Shown: piece by piece, positions 60,871-64,000 of the stretch
How the letters are laid out: every line of letters begins with the position of its first letter
Numbering within the stretch: the first letter of the stretch is position 1
Source of the DNA: Bacteroidota bacterium
Lineage (GTDB): Bacteria > Bacteroidota > Bacteroidia > Bacteroidales > VadinHA17
Assembly: GCA_018262715.1 (NCBI GenBank)
Contig: JADFDS010000021.1
Coordinates: 112,010 to 176,009 of the forward strand
Direction: 5' to 3'
DNA length: 64,000 nt
Translations under genes and position numbers: made by a program
The notes under the pieces: generated by a model
What the model was told of the DNA's origin: nothing
Database searches by the model: none
Seen by the model: the letters and a program-made list of their open reading frames with translations, nothing else

Positions 60871-61985
60871 TATTTCTTTACGGAGAACCTGTAAATGGTT
60901 GTCGATTTGAACTTTTCTCCGGGGCTAATAACTGTGGAAGGAAACGCATGCTGATTGGGGCTGTCCGGATAATGCTGGCTTTCAAGGCAAAAACCTGACC
61001 TGGGCCTGAACTGCCTGCCCCCTGTTTCAGGCGGGTTCTTATACATAAGTCCGTTGCCGGTATAGAGCTGCATTGCCGGCTGATCGGTAATCATTTCCAG
61101 CACCCGGCCGCTGACAGGATCATAAACCACGGCATCGACTTTTTCCTTATTGTCGAGGACATAATTATGATCATAGCCTGAAAACACAGAACCTTCATAA
61201 GTATCACCAATTCTTGATCCGAAAGTCTGCGGGGTGGTAAAGTCAAACGGGGTTCCTTTGACAGGACGTATCTCCCCGGTGGGTATCTGCGTTGCATTCA
61301 ACGGAGTATATGCTGATGCCTTAAGAGTCATTTCGTGATCAAAAATATTCCCGCTCCCTGCACCATGCAGATTAAAATATGCATGATTAGTAATATTAAT
61401 AACACTCTTCTTGTCTGTTGTTGCTGTGTACTCAATGATTACCTCGTTCTTGTTGGTCCAGGTGAAGAGTACTTCCATATTGATTGTTCCGGGAAATCCT
61501 TCTTCCATATCAGGACTCATGTAAGTAAATCTTACGCCTGGCTTGTTCTTTTTATTTATCAGTTCGGCATTCCAGACCTTCGCGTACCAGCCTTTAGCTC
61601 CTCCGTGCAGGGTATTCGGTCTGTTGTTTATCGGCAGATTATATTCCACACCGTCAAGGGTGAATTTTCCGTTGGCTATCCTGTTGGCGAATCTTCCTAC
61701 TGTTGCTCCGCCAAAAGAACCTCTTAATATTGATTCAAGGTCATAGGAACCAAGAACAACGTTATCTGTTTTCCCGTCTTTGTCAGGAACTTCAACACCA
61801 ACGATTCTTGCACCAAAATTCGTGAGTTTCAAAACATTACCTGATTTGTTCGTAAGAGTATACAGATATACTTCCGAACCATCATGCGGACCGAGAAGTT
61901 CCTTTTTGACAGGGTCTGTTGCTCCAATTTGCTGATTGCTGAAGATCAGAAGGAAAACTGATACAATAATTGATAAATAGTTCAT
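60870..61985 (-). CDS. galM: Aldose 1-epimerase (mutarotase), secreted, second copy
   Basis: Signal peptide. FANRIANGKFTLDG, LHGG, ITNHAYFNLHG. Paralogue of 21118..22248. Confidence 0.9.
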   Translation of the reverse strand: MNYLSIIVSVFLLIFSNQQIGATDPVKKELLGPHDGSEVYLYTLTNKSGNVLKLTNFGARIVGVEVPDKDGKTDNVVLGSYDLESILRGSFGGATVGRFANRIANGKFTLDGVEYNLPINNRPNTLHGGAKGWYAKVWNAELINKKNKPGVRFTYMSPDMEEGFPGTINMEVLFTWTNKNEVIIEYTATTDKKSVINITNHAYFNLHGAGSGNIFDHEMTLKASAYTPLNATQIPTGEIRPVKGTPFDFTTPQTFGSRIGDTYEGSVFSGYDHNYVLDNKEKVDAVVYDPVSGRVLEMITDQPAMQLYTGNGLMYKNPPETGGRQFRPRSGFCLESQHYPDSPNQHAFPSTVISPGEKFKSTTIYRFSVKK

Positions 61986-62178
61986 TTCCGAATAGCTTGT
62001 TTTAGTCTGAATTTAACGTGTCGTCCAAATTTAACATAAAAGAGTGCATGGTGATTTCCTGCAGAAGAAATAAATCCATCAAAAAAGCATTCAGATGCTG
62101 TACAATAGTTGCCCCTGTCTGGATTGATAAACCAGAATGCTTATTTTTATCCTCTTATCAATTATAATTCTTACACGG

Positions 62179-63492
62179 ATGAAGAAAATTCTATGTTTGG
62201 CTGTACTCTCATTTGCGTTACTGGGTTTAGGTTTCAGCCAGGGAACACCCTCGCAGGATGACTGCCTTAAAGATGTGAAAGACAAACGTGGTGTCATGAA
62301 GCCCTGGAAAAAAGGTTCCAGGTATACAGGCAAGTACCGCAATGTGTTCAGGGAAGCAGGTTACAGGCAGGCTGACATAGATGCAAAACTGGCCAAAGCC
62401 TATTATGATGTTTTTGAAGGACCGGATAAGGTTTATTTCGAGGTAGGTGATTCAATGGCTTATGTCACCGATATGAAGAACCACGATATAAGAAGCGAAG
62501 GACTCTCATACGGCCTGATGGTAGCTGTTCAGCTGAACAAGAAAGGTGTCTTTGACCGTATCTGGAGATATGCAAAGGAATACATGCAACATCAGGAGGG
62601 CCCCCGGGAGGCTTATTTTGCATGGAACCTGAAGCCGGAGACCGGTGCGAAAAACGCGGCAGGATCAGCATCGGACGGGGAATTTTATTTTGTTACAGCC
62701 CTGTTATTTGCATCCAATCGCTGGGGGAACGACACCGGAATTGATTATTACAGGGAAGCCAGAAGAATACTTGATGCAATGTGGAGTAAGGACGGCACGG
62801 GCGGCGTCATGAATATCATCAATGTGGAGCATAAGCAGATTAACTTCGTTCCTGACAGATTCGGATATGGCTATACCGATCCCTCCTATCATCTTCCGGC
62901 ATTCTGGGAGGTATGGGCAGAATATGCAAATGATGATCATGAACAATTCTACAGGGATTGTGCCGATACATCACGTGCATTTCTTCACAGAGCCTGTAAC
63001 TCTCCTACAGGATTGAATGCCGACCTGACAGAATTCAGCGGAGTTCCAAGAAAACAGGGACGCATGGAAAGTGCTTTCCGTTTTGATTCCTGGAGGGTGC
63101 CGATGAATATTGCAATGGATTACTCCTGGTTTGCCAGGGATAAGGAATGGCAGAAAGACTATGCAAAAAGGATTCAGAATTTCCTGTATTGCAGAGGCAT
63201 AGACACCTTTGAAGATCAGTTCAATCTTGACGGTACTCTGCCTCAGTGGGTACTTCCTGCCGGGAAAGTCCAGAAACTCCGCCACTCAATTGGCCTGGTT
63301 GCAACAGCAGGAAGTACGGCACTTATGGGAACCCAGGCTAAAAGCTGGAAATTTGTGGATGAACTATGGAACGCAAAGCTCGAACCCTATGAGGATGGCT
63401 ATTTTGACCCCTATTATGACGGCCTGCTCTATCTCTTCAGCCTGATGCACCTGAGCGGTAACTATCGGTTTATTACTCCGGGCATGAATTAA
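62179..63492 (+). CDS. GH8 glycoside hydrolase (Rex8A-like reducing-end xylose-releasing exo-oligoxylanase type)
   Basis: The internal ATG gives the signal peptide MKKILCLAVLSFALLGLGFSQG. DIRSEGLSYGLMVAVQLNKK and SASDGEFYFVTALLFASNRWG match GH8 conserved blocks. Confidence 0.8.
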   Translation: MKKILCLAVLSFALLGLGFSQGTPSQDDCLKDVKDKRGVMKPWKKGSRYTGKYRNVFREAGYRQADIDAKLAKAYYDVFEGPDKVYFEVGDSMAYVTDMKNHDIRSEGLSYGLMVAVQLNKKGVFDRIWRYAKEYMQHQEGPREAYFAWNLKPETGAKNAAGSASDGEFYFVTALLFASNRWGNDTGIDYYREARRILDAMWSKDGTGGVMNIINVEHKQINFVPDRFGYGYTDPSYHLPAFWEVWAEYANDDHEQFYRDCADTSRAFLHRACNSPTGLNADLTEFSGVPRKQGRMESAFRFDSWRVPMNIAMDYSWFARDKEWQKDYAKRIQNFLYCRGIDTFEDQFNLDGTLPQWVLPAGKVQKLRHSIGLVATAGSTALMGTQAKSWKFVDELWNAKLEPYEDGYFDPYYDGLLYLFSLMHLSGNYRFITPGMN

Positions 63493-63524
63493 AGCTCCGG
63501 CACAAGAGGGAGTCTTTATGGTTT

Positions 63525-64000
63525 CTATCTTGTTCCCTGTGCTCCCGGATAGTAATTGATTTTCTTATTGGCCCATTCAATGAAGTATTTCATATTAGGG
63601 GCATCGGTATGTCCTCCATCATGCTGTCGCCAGGCAAGCTCTCCATTCAGCAAGCCTTTATTAACGGGAGGCATTACTTCTTTTTTGTAATCATTTGAAA
63701 CACCTAAATCTTTTGCCCCCAGGAGCTTAAACACTGTTCCGGCAGCCACGGTTGCCATATAGCTTCCCTTCTGGTCAAGCCATTTTGCATCGCCCATTTC
63801 GGGTATTCCATAGCTGATGAAAGTAAGCCGGGGTGCACACATGGCAATCAGACTATGAGAATCTACAGACAGCTGGCCTGCGTTTCCGGCTCCCGAAGCT
63901 GATTCGGCAGCGCCATATTTCAAATAATTCCCGGCCATCCAGTGATACTCACCGCTTCCGGTAAGGCTCTCGACAGCTTCGCCGAAATTGCGCCGGTGAA
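63525..64000 (-). CDS. CE15 glucuronoyl-esterase-like alpha/beta hydrolase, C-terminal part (N-terminus beyond right edge)
   Basis: The frame stays open to the window end (..GSGEYHWMAGNY..). LIAMCAPRLTF, DAKWLDQKGSY and WRQHDGGHTD resemble the CE15 C-terminal His region. Confidence 0.55.
   Translation of the reverse strand, partial: HRRNFGEAVESLTGSGEYHWMAGNYLKYGAAESASGAGNAGQLSVDSHSLIAMCAPRLTFISYGIPEMGDAKWLDQKGSYMATVAAGTVFKLLGAKDLGVSNDYKKEVMPPVNKGLLNGELAWRQHDGGHTDAPNMKYFIEWANKKINYYPGAQGTR

Overview
This window looks like a Bacteroidota chromosomal segment. Evidence: a SusC/RagA-type receptor, many signal-peptide or lipoprotein glycoside hydrolases, TAnnTTTG -7 promoter boxes, and tightly packed operons. 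All calls rest on my own translation and motif recognition; no BLAST or HMM search was run.

Layout:
- 1-2.3 kb: the 5' part of a SusC-like gene that is missing from the ORF track because it runs off the left edge.
- 2.6-21 kb: mixed housekeeping and glycan genes. These are elbB, DUF4294, DUF3267, a POT transporter, a PHP phosphoesterase, a GH2 beta-galactosidase, mobA, fhs, an RsmF-like methyltransferase, a short CDF transporter, a GH3, and a TAT-exported Gfo/Idh/MocA oxidoreductase followed by a tandem-DUF1080 protein.
- 21.1-37.2 kb: one ten-gene minus-strand arabinan/L-arabinose operon. Gene order is SSS transporter, araA, Nudix-type AraR, araD, araB, GH127, GH127, CBM-GH51, GH51, galM.
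- 37.6-41.7 kb: a self-contained five-gene unit, which is my best candidate for an undescribed system. It holds a secreted Q/N-rich repeat protein, a beta-barrel OMP, an OmpR-type response regulator, a histidine kinase and a secreted Q/K-rich repeat protein.
- 41.7-52.7 kb: housekeeping genes (typA, SDR, YeiH-like, cyclophilin, FNR-like, acyl-CoA ligase, cytochrome c-PQQ dehydrogenase, serine hydrolase, GreA-like).
- 52.7-64 kb: a more AT-rich glycan block. It holds a Fib_succ fragment, a tannase-like esterase, an MBL hydrolase, a 2.3-kb tandem duplication of an [unknown jelly-roll protein + GH43-CBM13 arabinanase] module, a second galM, a GH8 and a partial CE15.

I found no rRNA, tRNA, CRISPR array, transposase, integrase or recognisable defence genes.

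Other points worth a second look:
- typA and mobA have conserved N-termini that lie upstream of any ATG, GTG or TTG.
- A 24-bp tandem repeat sits upstream of the ara operon.
- Dispersed heptamer/octamer microrepeats occur at gene ends.
- A 331-bp structured non-coding gap follows a CDF gene that lacks its C-terminal domain.
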